Below are positions 48,475-58,340 of a stretch of DNA of 64,000 bases, one piece after another. Origin of the DNA: Planctomycetota bacterium (GTDB lineage: Bacteria; Planctomycetota; JAJSAM01; JAJVHW01); assembly GCA_965248445.1 (NCBI GenBank), contig CBDFJG010000003.1, positions 480,001 through 544,000 of the forward strand. Direction: 5' to 3'. How positions within the stretch are numbered: position 1 is the first letter of the stretch; every line of letters begins with the position of its first letter. The notes beneath the pieces were generated by a model, which had not been told where the DNA came from, did not search any database, and was given only the letters and a program-made list of their open reading frames with translations. A program made the translations under genes and the position numbers.

Positions 48475-49715
48475 GGATCGTCTGGCTCTGCCACTACTTC
48501 GCGCCGGAGATCGGCGCCCCGCAGGCGCGTCTGCTCGAGCTGTCGCGCTGGTTCGCGGTCCGCGGGCACTCCGTGGCGGCCGTGACGTGTTTTCCCAATC
48601 ACCCCACCGGTGCGCTGCGTGCCGAGGACCGTGGCGTGAAGCGGCGGCGGGACGAGATCGACGGGATCGCCGTGCACCGTTGCTGGAGCTACGTCACATC
48701 CAACCGCGGCTTCGTGAAGAAGGTGATCGGGCACCTCTCCTTCATGTGGACCTCCCGTGGCGGACTCTCTCGCTCGGCGTCCGACGCACACCCCGATGTG
48801 GTGATCGTGTCCAGCCCGACGTTCTTCAGTGTCATCTCCGCTTGGTGGTGGTGCCGCTGGAGGAAGGTGCCGTTCGTGTTCGAGGTGCGTGACCTGTGGC
48901 CGGCGGTGTTCGTGGATCTGGGCGTGTTGAAGAGCCGGCCGCTGATCTGGTTCCTCGAGCGGTGGGAGAAGTTCCTGTACCGGCGGGCCGCCCGCGTCGT
49001 GACGGTCACGTCGTCATTCGCGGATCACATCGCCGAACGGGACATCCCGCGGGAGAAGCTGGCCGTCGTGACCAACGGCGTGGACGCGGCTGCCTACGGG
49101 CCGCGGGAGCGCGACGACGCGCTCGCCGCGCAGCAGGGCCTCGACGGCAAGTTCGTCGTGCTCTACCTCGGCGCGCACGGAATCAGCCATGCGCTTGCTT
49201 CGATCCTGGATGCCGCCGAGCTCCTCTCGGACCTTCCGGACGTCTGCTTCGTCTTCGTCGGCGAGGGCGCGGAGAAGGAAGCGCTCATGCGTGCTGCCAC
49301 CGAGCGCCGTATCGGCAATGTCGTGTTCCACGGAGGAGTGCCCAAGAGCGAGGTAGCACGCTGGTACAGCTTGGCGGACGTCGGCCTCGTTCCACTGAAG
49401 GGTGTGCCGCTGTTCCACACGTTCATCCCGTCGAAGATGTTCGAGTTGATGGCGAGCGGGATCCCGATCGTGGCCTCCGTGGCTGGCGAGGCACGTGGCA
49501 TTCTCGAACGAAGCGGGGGCGCCCGCGTGACCGATCCCGAAGACGCCTCCGGCATCGCGGCGGCGGTCCGGGAACTGCACGGCGACGGAGAGCTGCACCG
49601 GCAACTCGCCTCCGCCGGACGAGCGTTCGTGCTCGCTGAGTACACGCGGGAGCGGCTCGCCGATCGGTACGTCGAGATCCTGGAAGAGATGCTCGCGGAG
49701 CGCGCGGGTGCCTGA
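48471..49715 (+). CDS. GT4 glycosyltransferase (WbuB-like)
   Basis: YFAPEIGA, FPNHPTG, FEVRDLWP, IPSKMFELMA. Confidence 0.92.
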   Translation: MRIVWLCHYFAPEIGAPQARLLELSRWFAVRGHSVAAVTCFPNHPTGALRAEDRGVKRRRDEIDGIAVHRCWSYVTSNRGFVKKVIGHLSFMWTSRGGLSRSASDAHPDVVIVSSPTFFSVISAWWWCRWRKVPFVFEVRDLWPAVFVDLGVLKSRPLIWFLERWEKFLYRRAARVVTVTSSFADHIAERDIPREKLAVVTNGVDAAAYGPRERDDALAAQQGLDGKFVVLYLGAHGISHALASILDAAELLSDLPDVCFVFVGEGAEKEALMRAATERRIGNVVFHGGVPKSEVARWYSLADVGLVPLKGVPLFHTFIPSKMFELMASGIPIVASVAGEARGILERSGGARVTDPEDASGIAAAVRELHGDGELHRQLASAGRAFVLAEYTRERLADRYVEILEEMLAERAGA

Positions 49716-50604
49716 CGTGATCGCACTCGCCGGCGGGACGGGCTTCACGGGCCGCCGCGTGGCGGCGGGGCTCGCGGACGCGCGCGGCGCCGCCGCGCTG
49801 CGCTGCCTGGTACGCGCAGAGAGTGACACGTCGGTGTTGCCCGCGGGCGTGCCAACCGTCCGAGGCGATCTCGGGGACGCGGAGTCGCTCAGCGCATGGC
49901 TCGAAGGTGCGGACGCGCTCGTGTACGTGGCGTCGATGGGGTTCGGCCACGTGCCGGCGGTCGTCGCGGCCGCCGAGTCGGCGGGCGTGCGGCGCGCCGT
50001 GTTCGTCTCGACGACGGCGATCCGGACGCGGCTGCCGGCACCGTCCAAGTCGGTGCGCATCGCCGCCGAGGACGCCGTGCGTGACAGCAGCTTCGCGTCG
50101 ACGATCCTGCGCCCGACGATGATCTACGGCGCACCGGGCGACCGCAACATGGAGCGCCTCCTTCGTGCGGTTGCGCGCTGGCCGCTCGTTCCGGTGCCGG
50201 GAACCGGCCGGTATCTCATCCAGCCGGTGCATGTCGATGACCTCTCCGCCGCGATCGTCAGCGCGACGCTGACGATCGCGGCGTCGGGTCGCGAGTACGA
50301 CCTGTCGGGCGACGCGCCGCTCTCGTTCGACGACACACTTCGGACTGCGGGACGGGCGCTCGGCCGCCATGTCCGCTTGATTCACGTCCCGCTGCGCCCG
50401 GTTGCGTTCATCCTGCGCTGCATGGAGAGCGTCGGCCTGCGTCCACGCGTCACTGAGGAACAGGTCCTCCGGCTCGCGGAGGACAAGGCGTTCGCGCACG
50501 TCGACGCAACGCGAGACCTCGCGTTCAACCCGCGTTCGCTGGAGACCGGGTTGGCGGCCGAGGCCCGCTTGCTCGCTCTCGTGCCGTCGGGGGACAGCGC
50601 GTGA
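49708..50604 (+). CDS. NAD-dependent epimerase/dehydratase (atypical SDR)
   Basis: GGTGFTG, ILRPTMIYG, QPVHVDDL. Confidence 0.85.
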   Translation: MPDVIALAGGTGFTGRRVAAGLADARGAAALRCLVRAESDTSVLPAGVPTVRGDLGDAESLSAWLEGADALVYVASMGFGHVPAVVAAAESAGVRRAVFVSTTAIRTRLPAPSKSVRIAAEDAVRDSSFASTILRPTMIYGAPGDRNMERLLRAVARWPLVPVPGTGRYLIQPVHVDDLSAAIVSATLTIAASGREYDLSGDAPLSFDDTLRTAGRALGRHVRLIHVPLRPVAFILRCMESVGLRPRVTEEQVLRLAEDKAFAHVDATRDLAFNPRSLETGLAAEARLLALVPSGDSA

Positions 50605-51623
50605 CGCGCGTTGAGGGGCTGTGGCTGTTCGCCGCGACGGCGGCACTCTCGTGTCTGCTCACATGGGGGGCGTTGGCGCATGCTCGTCGATTGGATCTGC
50701 TCGCCCATCCCGAGGAGCGCTCGAGCCACACGGTACCGACACCCTCGGGCACGGGCGTCGGGCTCGCGGCAGCGATCGTCGTCGCACTTCTGTTCGTCAT
50801 GTTCCAGTTCAAGGAACCCGAAGCCCTCTGGCTGGTCGGCGGTGTTCTCTGCCTGAGTGCTGCGGGCTTCTGCGACGACGCGCGCGCGCTCCGTCCCGGC
50901 GTCAAGTTCGGCGTCGTGTTAGCCGCTGCCTGGTTCTCGTGCCGCGTCGGACTCGTCCACGGGGTCGAGCTCCCGGGGCTCGCAGAGCTGCCGTTCGCCT
51001 GGCTCGCCCTGCCGCTCACGCTGTTCTGGTTGGTCGGATTCACGAACGCCTTCAACTTCATGGATGGAACCAACGGCATCGCCGGGCTGACTGCTGTGGT
51101 CACGGGTGCTGCGCTGGCCGTTTTCGGGCTGCGAGCGGGCGACACGATCCTGATGTCGTTGGGGCTGGTCACGGCGGGCGCCTCCATCGGCTATCTGCCG
51201 TGGAACTTCCCCAAGGCCCGTCTGTTCATGGGTGACGCCGGCAGTCTCCCACTCGGACTCCTCGTCGCTTCGGGCATCGCTCGCGCCGCCGGCACCGGTG
51301 CCTTGCCGTTCGCCGCGGGGGTTCTCCTCGTGGGGCCGTTCGTGTTCGATACCACGTTCACCCTGATCCGTCGGGCGCTACGCGGCGAGCGGCTCTCCGA
51401 GGCGCACCGGGAGCATCTCTACCAGCGCTTCGCTCGCCTCGCCGGGGGGCACGAACCGTCCGCTCTGCTGTTCGCGATCCTGGCCTCGGGCTGCGCCGTC
51501 CTCGGGCTCGAATACGCCTCCCGAGGCACGCTGGGGCAGGTGCTTTCCCTCCTCGGCCCCCTGGTAGCAATGCTACTCTTCGCCGGCCTCGTGACCGCTC
51601 TCGAGCGGCGCCGCGACGCCTGA
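50601..51623 (+). CDS. MraY/WecA-family polyprenyl-phosphate HexNAc-1-phosphate transferase
   Basis: RSSHTVPTP, GFCDD, NAFNFMDGTNG, FMGDAGS, AHREHLYQ. Confidence 0.92.
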   Translation: MTRVEGLWLFAATAALSCLLTWGALAHARRLDLLAHPEERSSHTVPTPSGTGVGLAAAIVVALLFVMFQFKEPEALWLVGGVLCLSAAGFCDDARALRPGVKFGVVLAAAWFSCRVGLVHGVELPGLAELPFAWLALPLTLFWLVGFTNAFNFMDGTNGIAGLTAVVTGAALAVFGLRAGDTILMSLGLVTAGASIGYLPWNFPKARLFMGDAGSLPLGLLVASGIARAAGTGALPFAAGVLLVGPFVFDTTFTLIRRALRGERLSEAHREHLYQRFARLAGGHEPSALLFAILASGCAVLGLEYASRGTLGQVLSLLGPLVAMLLFAGLVTALERRRDA

Positions 51624-51668
51624 GGGGAGAGACGTCTACGCGGGTGGGTGGCTCCCGCTCGTCACGCC

Positions 51669-53666
51669 ATGAATTCACGATCTTTGCTCCGATACCGGAT
51701 TGTCATCGTGATGGCGATTCACGCCGTCCTGGCTGCGATCGCCTGGTACGGCGCCTGGTACCTGCGGCTGGACCGGCATCTGTTCGACCACCCGAAGGTG
51801 GACTACTTCGGTCGGTGCACCGAGCTCCTGGTCTGGGTCGTGGCTGCCCGACTGCTGGCGTTCGCGGTGTTCGATCTCTTCCAGGGACTCTGGCGGTACG
51901 TCTCGCTGCCGGACCTCGTCAATCTGTTCAAGGCCACGGCGCTGGGTTCGGTCCTCTACATAGGGGCCATCGCCGTGCACGGTCTCGCGGGGGGCGGCTG
52001 GAGCGGACTCTCGGAGATGGTCCTGCGGGTCTTCGAGCCGGAGAACGTTCCGCGCACCGCGTTCCTGATCGAGCCGTTGCTCTGCCTCGTGTTGGTGGGC
52101 GGCATCCGCTTCGCCATTCGAAGCTACCGCGAGGTCTTCGTCCCGCAGGTGCGTGGCGGCCGGCGGGCACTGATCGTGGGGGCCGGAGACGCCGGTGTGA
52201 TGCTGCTGCGGGAGATGCGCGCGCACCCCCACCTCGGCTACGATCCGGTCGGGTTCGTCGACGACGATCCTCGCAAGCTCGGTACCAAGATCCAGGGCGT
52301 GCCGGTGCTCGGTCGCATCGATGACGTGCGCGACGCCGTACAGGGCTCCGCCGTCGAGGAGATCATTGTGGCGGTGCGGTCGTCGTCGGGCGCGGAGTAC
52401 CGTCGCATACTCGATCTGTGCGACTCGACGGGTGTGCGGCTTCGCCGCCTGCCGCGGAAGGTCGCCGACATCGTGCGCTTGACTGAGCTGCGCGACGTGA
52501 AGTTCGAGGACTTGATGGATCGCGATCCGGTGGAGATCGACCTGGATCTCATCAGCGCCGCCGTCACACGCAAGGTCGTGCTCATAACCGGCGCCGGCGG
52601 CTCCATCGGCTCCGAGATCGTGCGGCAGCTCGTGCCGCTCAATCCGCGGCTGATCGTGGCCGTCGATCGCTCGGAGAATGCGCTCTTCTTCCTCGAGCGT
52701 GACATTGCGGTGCGCCACCCGGAGGCGCGGCTGCTGGTGCGGGTGCTCGACGTGCAGGACCGCGTCGGCACCATGACGCTGTTCCGCGAGGTGGCGCCGA
52801 ACTTCGTGGTCCACGCGGCCGCCTACAAGCATGTGCCATTGATGGAGTCGCATCCGTTGCAGGCCGTGCGCAACAACGTCGCGGCGACACTGGAACTCGG
52901 GCGACTGTCCATCGAGGCCGGCGTCTCGCGGTTCCTACTGATCTCCTCCGACAAAGCGGTGCGCCCGACGAGCGTGATGGGCGCCACCAAACGCGGAGCG
53001 GAGCTGGCGCTCGCGACCCTGGAACCCGGTGACACGCAGTTCGTCGCCGTCCGGTTCGGCAATGTGCTCGGAAGCGAAGGCAGCGTCGTCCCTCTGTTCG
53101 AGCGTCAGATCCGCGAGGGCGGGCCGGTCACGGTGACGCACCCGGAAGTGGTGCGGTACTTCATGACCATCCCGGAGGCGGTCGGACTCGTGTTGCAGGC
53201 AGCGACCATGGCGCGCGGTGGCGAGGTGTTCCACCTCGACATGGGCCGGCCGGTCAAGGTCCTGGACCTCGCCGAGCGTCTGATCCAGCTGCACGGCTTC
53301 CGTCCCTACGACGACATCGAGATCCGATTCGTCGGACTCCGGCCCGGCGAGAAGATGCTCGAGGAGCTCCTTGTCAGCGGGGAGAACGTCCGGGAGACCG
53401 AGCACCCGCGCGTGCGCGCTCTGCACTCGGCGCCTCCCGACCGCGACCTCCTGCGCTCGCGCGTCAGCGACCTGCTCTCCGCAGCCGCCCTTGGCACCGA
53501 GGCGCTCATCCGCGCACTCAGCGCCCTCGTGCCGGAGTACGCGCCCAACAACGAGGCCTACCGCCGGGCGCTGGCCGAGTCACCTGACGCGGCGCCGCTC
53601 CGTGGCACGCCCCGGGACGAGTCGTCCGGACCGCCGGCGGAATCCCGGCGCGCCCCGCGCCAATGA
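51669..53666 (+). CDS. Membrane-bound UDP-GlcNAc 4,6-dehydratase (CapD/PglF/WbpM family)
   Basis: N-terminal TMs, GAGDAG, TGAGGSIGSE, HAAAYKHVP, SDKAV, MGATK, VRFGNVLGS, GLRPGEK. Confidence 0.94.
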   Translation: MNSRSLLRYRIVIVMAIHAVLAAIAWYGAWYLRLDRHLFDHPKVDYFGRCTELLVWVVAARLLAFAVFDLFQGLWRYVSLPDLVNLFKATALGSVLYIGAIAVHGLAGGGWSGLSEMVLRVFEPENVPRTAFLIEPLLCLVLVGGIRFAIRSYREVFVPQVRGGRRALIVGAGDAGVMLLREMRAHPHLGYDPVGFVDDDPRKLGTKIQGVPVLGRIDDVRDAVQGSAVEEIIVAVRSSSGAEYRRILDLCDSTGVRLRRLPRKVADIVRLTELRDVKFEDLMDRDPVEIDLDLISAAVTRKVVLITGAGGSIGSEIVRQLVPLNPRLIVAVDRSENALFFLERDIAVRHPEARLLVRVLDVQDRVGTMTLFREVAPNFVVHAAAYKHVPLMESHPLQAVRNNVAATLELGRLSIEAGVSRFLLISSDKAVRPTSVMGATKRGAELALATLEPGDTQFVAVRFGNVLGSEGSVVPLFERQIREGGPVTVTHPEVVRYFMTIPEAVGLVLQAATMARGGEVFHLDMGRPVKVLDLAERLIQLHGFRPYDDIEIRFVGLRPGEKMLEELLVSGENVRETEHPRVRALHSAPPDRDLLRSRVSDLLSAAALGTEALIRALSALVPEYAPNNEAYRRALAESPDAAPLRGTPRDESSGPPAESRRAPRQ

Positions 53667-54574
53667 GAGTACTGACCGGCCTCGCCCGCGCCGCCCGTCC
53701 GCAGCAGTGGGTGAAGAACCTGTTCGTCTTCGCTCCACTCTTCTTCAAACGAAAGTGGGACGCATCGGACCTCACGCTGCGCGTCGTTGCCGCGTTCGCG
53801 ATCTTCTGCCTGGCGTCATCGGCCATCTACCTGCTGAACGACACGCTGGACCGCGAAGCGGATCGCAGTCATCCCCGCAAGAAGCACCGGCCGATTGCGT
53901 CCGGCCAGGTTCCGCCGCAGGCCGCAGTGTTCGCGTCGCTGGTCCTCATGATCGCTGCCGTCGCGTCGGCGCACTTCGGGCTCGCCGATGCGCGCGTCAC
54001 GGGCGTCATCGCCACGTACCTCGGCATCCACGTTGCGTACTCGCTCCGCCTGAAGCACGTCGTGCTGCTCGACGTGCTCTGCATCGCCTCTGGGTTCGTG
54101 CTACGGCTCCTCGCGGGTGGGTTCGCGGGCGACGTGCAGCAGAGTCAGTGGATCCTCATCTGCACGATCTTCCTGTCGCTCCTGCTCGCGCTCTGCAAGC
54201 GCCGCAGCGAGGTCGTGTCGCTGGGCGACGACGCGAGCGATCACCGCTCGATCCTCTCCGAGTACCCGACCGAACTGCTCGATCAGCTCATCGCCGCTGC
54301 GACTGCGGCCGTGCTCGTGACGTACGCGCTGTACACCGTCGATCCCCGGACAGCCACTCTCCACGGCAGCTTCCAGGATGCGGCGATACCGGCGATGGTC
54401 GCGACCGTGCCCGGCGTCGTCTACGGCGTGTTCCGCTACCTCTTCCTGGTGCATCGGCGTGGCGGCGGCGGGAGTCCGACCTCCACGCTTGTCCGGGACC
54501 TGCCCAGCCTCGTGAACGTGGCGATCTACGGGCTCACCGTGTGGGCCGTGTTCAGATTCGGCAGCACGGGTTGA
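53663..54574 (+). CDS. UbiA-family polyprenyl-phosphate phosphoribosyltransferase (DPPR synthase/NoeC-like)
   Basis: RPQQWVKN, YLLNDTLD..DRSHPRKKHRPIASG, YSLRLKH, GFVLR, KRRSE. Confidence 0.88.
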   Translation: MRVLTGLARAARPQQWVKNLFVFAPLFFKRKWDASDLTLRVVAAFAIFCLASSAIYLLNDTLDREADRSHPRKKHRPIASGQVPPQAAVFASLVLMIAAVASAHFGLADARVTGVIATYLGIHVAYSLRLKHVVLLDVLCIASGFVLRLLAGGFAGDVQQSQWILICTIFLSLLLALCKRRSEVVSLGDDASDHRSILSEYPTELLDQLIAAATAAVLVTYALYTVDPRTATLHGSFQDAAIPAMVATVPGVVYGVFRYLFLVHRRGGGGSPTSTLVRDLPSLVNVAIYGLTVWAVFRFGSTG

Positions 54575-54759
54575 GGCGGGCGGCCGGCGCGTCCACGTGG
54601 CGCCTCGCCGTTCATCGAAATCAGCGCGCAGGTCGATCCGCCGGCACGACGGGCACTCCTCAGTCGCGGGCTCCCTTCTACCTCGCGAAGCGCCGTAACT
54701 AGCTTCTGCGATTACGTTTAAGACGGCGTCGCGCCGGCACACGCGTGCGATCGCGCCTC

Positions 54760-54776
54760 TTGGCACGCAGAGTGCA
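54760..54776 (+). promoter_or_regulatory. Sigma-54 type -24/-12 promoter
   Basis: TTGGCACGCAGAGTGCA: GG(54762-63)-N10-GC(54774-75), intergenic, about 70 nt upstream of the next ATG. Confidence 0.7.
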
Positions 54777-54846
54777 GCGGGGTGGCCAGACGTTGCGTCG
54801 GCGAGTGTGCCGTCGCCCGGCGGGAAGAGTAGGGAGTCATTCAATC

Positions 54847-55617
54847 ATGAGAACCGCAGTCTTGATGCTTGCCCTCGGCGCGATGGTCTGTGCCACGGGC
54901 TGTGCCAGTACCCGGGCGGAATCCGCCCCGGACGAAGAAGCGTCGCTCGACGCCATGAACGCAGGTTTGCGCGAGGTCAACACCCGTGCGATGCGTGGTG
55001 GTCCGTCACTCGACTACGTGATCGACCCGCCCGACGTGGTGGAGATCTTCGTCAAGGACAACGAGGACCTGTCGACGGAAGTCGGCGACATCATCGTCGG
55101 CCCTGACGGCAAGGTCAGCCGGCCGCTGATCGGCGTCGTGACCGTCGCCGGCAAGACCGTCAGCGAGGTCTCCGAGGAACTCAGTCACCTGTACTCGCAG
55201 TACATCCGTGACGCCGCGGTCACCGTGATGGTCAAGGAGTACCGCTCCAAGTTCGTCTACGTGGACGGCGAGGTGCTCGCACCCGGCCGTTACGCCTACA
55301 CGGGCAACGACAGCGTGGTCAACGTGCTGGCGCAGTCGTCGTTCCTCACGCGTCGTGCGTCGCCTAACGGCATCCACATCGCACGCGGCAACCCGAACGA
55401 TCCCGAGATCTACCCGGTGCGCCTCAAGGACATCGTGATCGACGACGACAGTCGCACGAACTGGCTCCTCGAGCCGGACGACATCGTCTACGTCCCGCCG
55501 AGCTTCCTCTCGCGGGTCGGGTACGTCTTCGAGGAGATCCTCTACCCTGTCAACGCCCTGCTGTCGCCGCTCCAGGCTGCGAGCACGTACGAGGAACTGG
55601 TCAGCGGAAGCAGGTAG
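54847..55617 (+). CDS. OPX (Wza-like) polysaccharide export lipoprotein
   Basis: Lipobox-like ATGC, YVIDPPDVVEI, VGPDGKVSRPLIG, SLBB (VYVDGEV), C-terminal amphipathic helix. Confidence 0.88.
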   Translation: MRTAVLMLALGAMVCATGCASTRAESAPDEEASLDAMNAGLREVNTRAMRGGPSLDYVIDPPDVVEIFVKDNEDLSTEVGDIIVGPDGKVSRPLIGVVTVAGKTVSEVSEELSHLYSQYIRDAAVTVMVKEYRSKFVYVDGEVLAPGRYAYTGNDSVVNVLAQSSFLTRRASPNGIHIARGNPNDPEIYPVRLKDIVIDDDSRTNWLLEPDDIVYVPPSFLSRVGYVFEEILYPVNALLSPLQAASTYEELVSGSR

Positions 55618-55663
55618 GCCCCTACACCACCTGCGGGCGGCGCCAGCCCGCTTGGCGCACTTC

Positions 55664-55702
55664 AGAGGCCGCCGGACCCCACCAGGTCCGGCGGCCTCTT
55701 TC
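55664..55702 (+). terminator. Hairpin, probable intrinsic terminator
   Basis: AGAGGCCGCCGGACC-CCACCA-GGTCCGGCGGCCTCT followed by TT. Confidence 0.7.
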
Positions 55703-55832
55703 CATGCCTGGGGCGAGGGCAGCCCCGTGGAAGAGCGTGGTTCAGTCGCCCCCGGGCTCGATCCGATGAGGAAGCGTGACGTCCTGCAGGCTCGAGGCTA
55801 CGGGGCGGACTCCGACGTACGAAGGGTGACCC

Positions 55833-57390
55833 ATGAAGCTCGAACGCACGCCCCGAGAGATCCTCTCGATGATCAAGCGCCGCAAGGTGCACGTGATCGA
55901 GATGGCGCTGGCGGCCCTCCTGGGAGCCGGCATCTTCCTGATCGTGAAGCCCCGGAGCTACGAGTCCACGACTCGGATCCGCGTGGAGGGCGTCGCCTCC
56001 CTCGACGGCCGCGCCGACGCGGAGCGCCTGCACGGCGCTGTGGAGGAGATCAAGAACAGCCGCAACTTCGACGAGGTCGTCACGACGCGTCGGTCTCGAC
56101 GCGCACCTCCAGGGACTCCCGGAGCACGAGCTCAACGCCGAGCGGAAGCTCCTCGTCGATGATCTGATCCGCGAGACGTCGGTCACGTACAGCCAGCCCT
56201 CACCCGGTGTGTTCGTTCTCTCGATCACGCACGCGAGCCAGGACCCCGACACCTGCTTCCGGGTTGTGAACGAACTCGCCAAGGAGTATCGCGACCAGCG
56301 GCTCTCCGGCCCGATCGTGAAGCAAGAGCGCGTCGTCGACTCCCGCGTGGAGGCCGAGGGCCGCGCGCAGGTGGAACTGGATCAGGCGAGCGGCGCTCTG
56401 GAGTCGTTCGACAAGGACAACAGCGAGTTCATCGGTGACGGACTCGCCGAGACGCTCGACAACGTGCGCAGGGAGATCGAGCAGATCGAGCAGATCGCGA
56501 TCGCCTCCCTCGAGACGGATCTCAAGCGCATCGCTGACATGCTCGAGGTCGAGCCCGAGATGCTCGTGCACGTCACTAACAAGATCGACAAGGTGCGTCT
56601 CGCCGACGTCGAGAGGGACATCCGTGCCGTCGAGAAGGAACTCGACCGGCTGACCATCGAGGAGCGCAAGCTCGACAAGCACCCGAAGGTCATGGCGCTC
56701 AAACGCACTCTCTCGAGTCTGCTCGAGCAGCACGCGGAGATCCTCGCAGACGTCGAGAAGGTCGAGGACAAGCAGCCCAACCCGATGCACGCCAAGCTGC
56801 GCGAAGCGCAGCTCGACAAGAAGGGGCTGCTCGACATCGAGCGTCGCAAGCTCGCCATCCTGCGCCAGCGCGAGGCAAGGCTGCGCGAGGACAGCCTGCG
56901 CGCCCCGGAGGTGCTCGCGGAGCGAGATCGCCTGCTGCGAGACCAGACCTCGACGCAGTTGCGTCTCGACGAACTGCAGCAAGCGTCGAAGTCTGCGCGG
57001 GACCGGCTCCAGGACCTGCGCAGCGCGCGTCAGTTGCAGTTCGACGTGATCGATGCGCCGACGCGGCCCAACACGCCGTCCGGACCGAGCCCCCTGGTCG
57101 TGGCTCTGATGGGTATCGCGATGGGCATCGGCGCCGGAGTCGGACTTGCGTTCGTCCTCGACGCCATGGACCACTCGTTCCGCGAAGTTGACGACGCCGC
57201 TGTGTTCCTCGGCGCGCCTTCACTCGGCGCGATCCACGTGATCGAGACACCGCCGGAAGTATCGAAGCGACGAAGGAAGACGATGCTCGTCGCCGCAGCC
57301 TTGGTCGCGTTCGGGCTCGTGGCGGTGGGAGTCGTTGGTTTGGCCTTGTTCGGAGACGCCTCCGACCTGGCACGGATCCTCAAGAGGTGA
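55833..57390 (+). pseudogene. Polysaccharide co-polymerase / chain-length determinant, frameshifted
   Basis: N-terminal TM, long coiled coil, HPKV, FDVIDAP..P..PSGP, TM, DHSFR; +1 shift near 56082-56090 (NFDEVVT / VGLDAHLQG). Confidence 0.82.
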
Positions 57391-57470
57391 CGGAAGGGTG
57401 ATGAGCGAAATCGCAACAGACACCATCGCGGGCACACGCCGCGTTCCGTTCTCACAGGAGAGGTAGCGAG

Positions 57471-58301
57471 ATGTACCAGAGCTTCTACGGCCTGAAGAAG
57501 ATGCCGTTCAACACGACGCCTGACACGCGTTTCTTCTTCCACTCTGAGCAGCACCAAGAGGCGCTTTCAAGCCTCCTGTATGCGGTGAACGAGCGGAAGG
57601 GCTTCGTGCTGTTGACCGGTGAGATCGGCGCGGGAAAGACGACCGTCTGTCGGGCGTTCCTGAACCGCATCGATCCGGCGACGAAGGTGGCTGTGATCAC
57701 CAACACCCGGTTGACCGAGCGCCAGCTCCTGCAGTCGATTTGCGAGGAGTTCGGTCTCTGGATCCCCGGCAACGTCGGCAAGGTCACGCTCTTCAACGAG
57801 CTGAACTCGTTCCTCGTCGAGGAGTACAGGCAGGGCAACAACGTCGTGCTGATCGTCGACGAGGCGCAGAACCTGCGTCCCGAGGTGCTCGAGGAGATCC
57901 GTCTCATCTCGAACCTCGAGACGGAGCGCGACAAGCTCATCTAGATCGTGCTGATGGGCCAGCCCGAGCTGCGCGACATCATGGAGCTGCCCGAGCTCAA
58001 GCAGCTCAAGCAGCGCATCGTCCTGCGCTTCCACCTCTATCCGCTGTCGGAGCGCGAAACCCAAGCGTACGTGTTCCACCGCTTACGCGTCGCCGGTGCC
58101 GACGGCTCGTTGAAGTTCAGCCGCAAGGCGCTCAAGGCGATCTTCGACTACTCGGGCGGCATCCCGCGCGTCATCAACATCCTGTGTGACAACACGCTGC
58201 TGCTCGGGTTCGTCCACGAGACGAAGAAGATCTCCGAGGCTCTGGTGCGTGAGGTGATCCGGGATCTCGAGGGCGCTCGCAAGGCGCCGACGGGCAAGTA
58301 G
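57471..58301 (+). pseudogene. ExeA-like AAA ATPase (PEP-CTERM-locus type) with in-frame TAG
   Basis: MYQSFYGL..PF..TPD, GEIGAGKTT, VDEAQNL, KLI*IVLMGQPEL (TAG 57942-57944), SGGIPRVIN. Confidence 0.9.
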
Positions 58302-58340
58302 AGACAGGAAGCGCCGGTTCGTTCCGGCGAGGAGATCCCC

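Noticed and set aside
57942..57944. TAG recoding (Gln or pyrrolysine) in the ATPase
   Set aside because: TAG is the normal stop of accB, wzc, the barrel gene and this ATPase (58301); a point mutation or error is simpler
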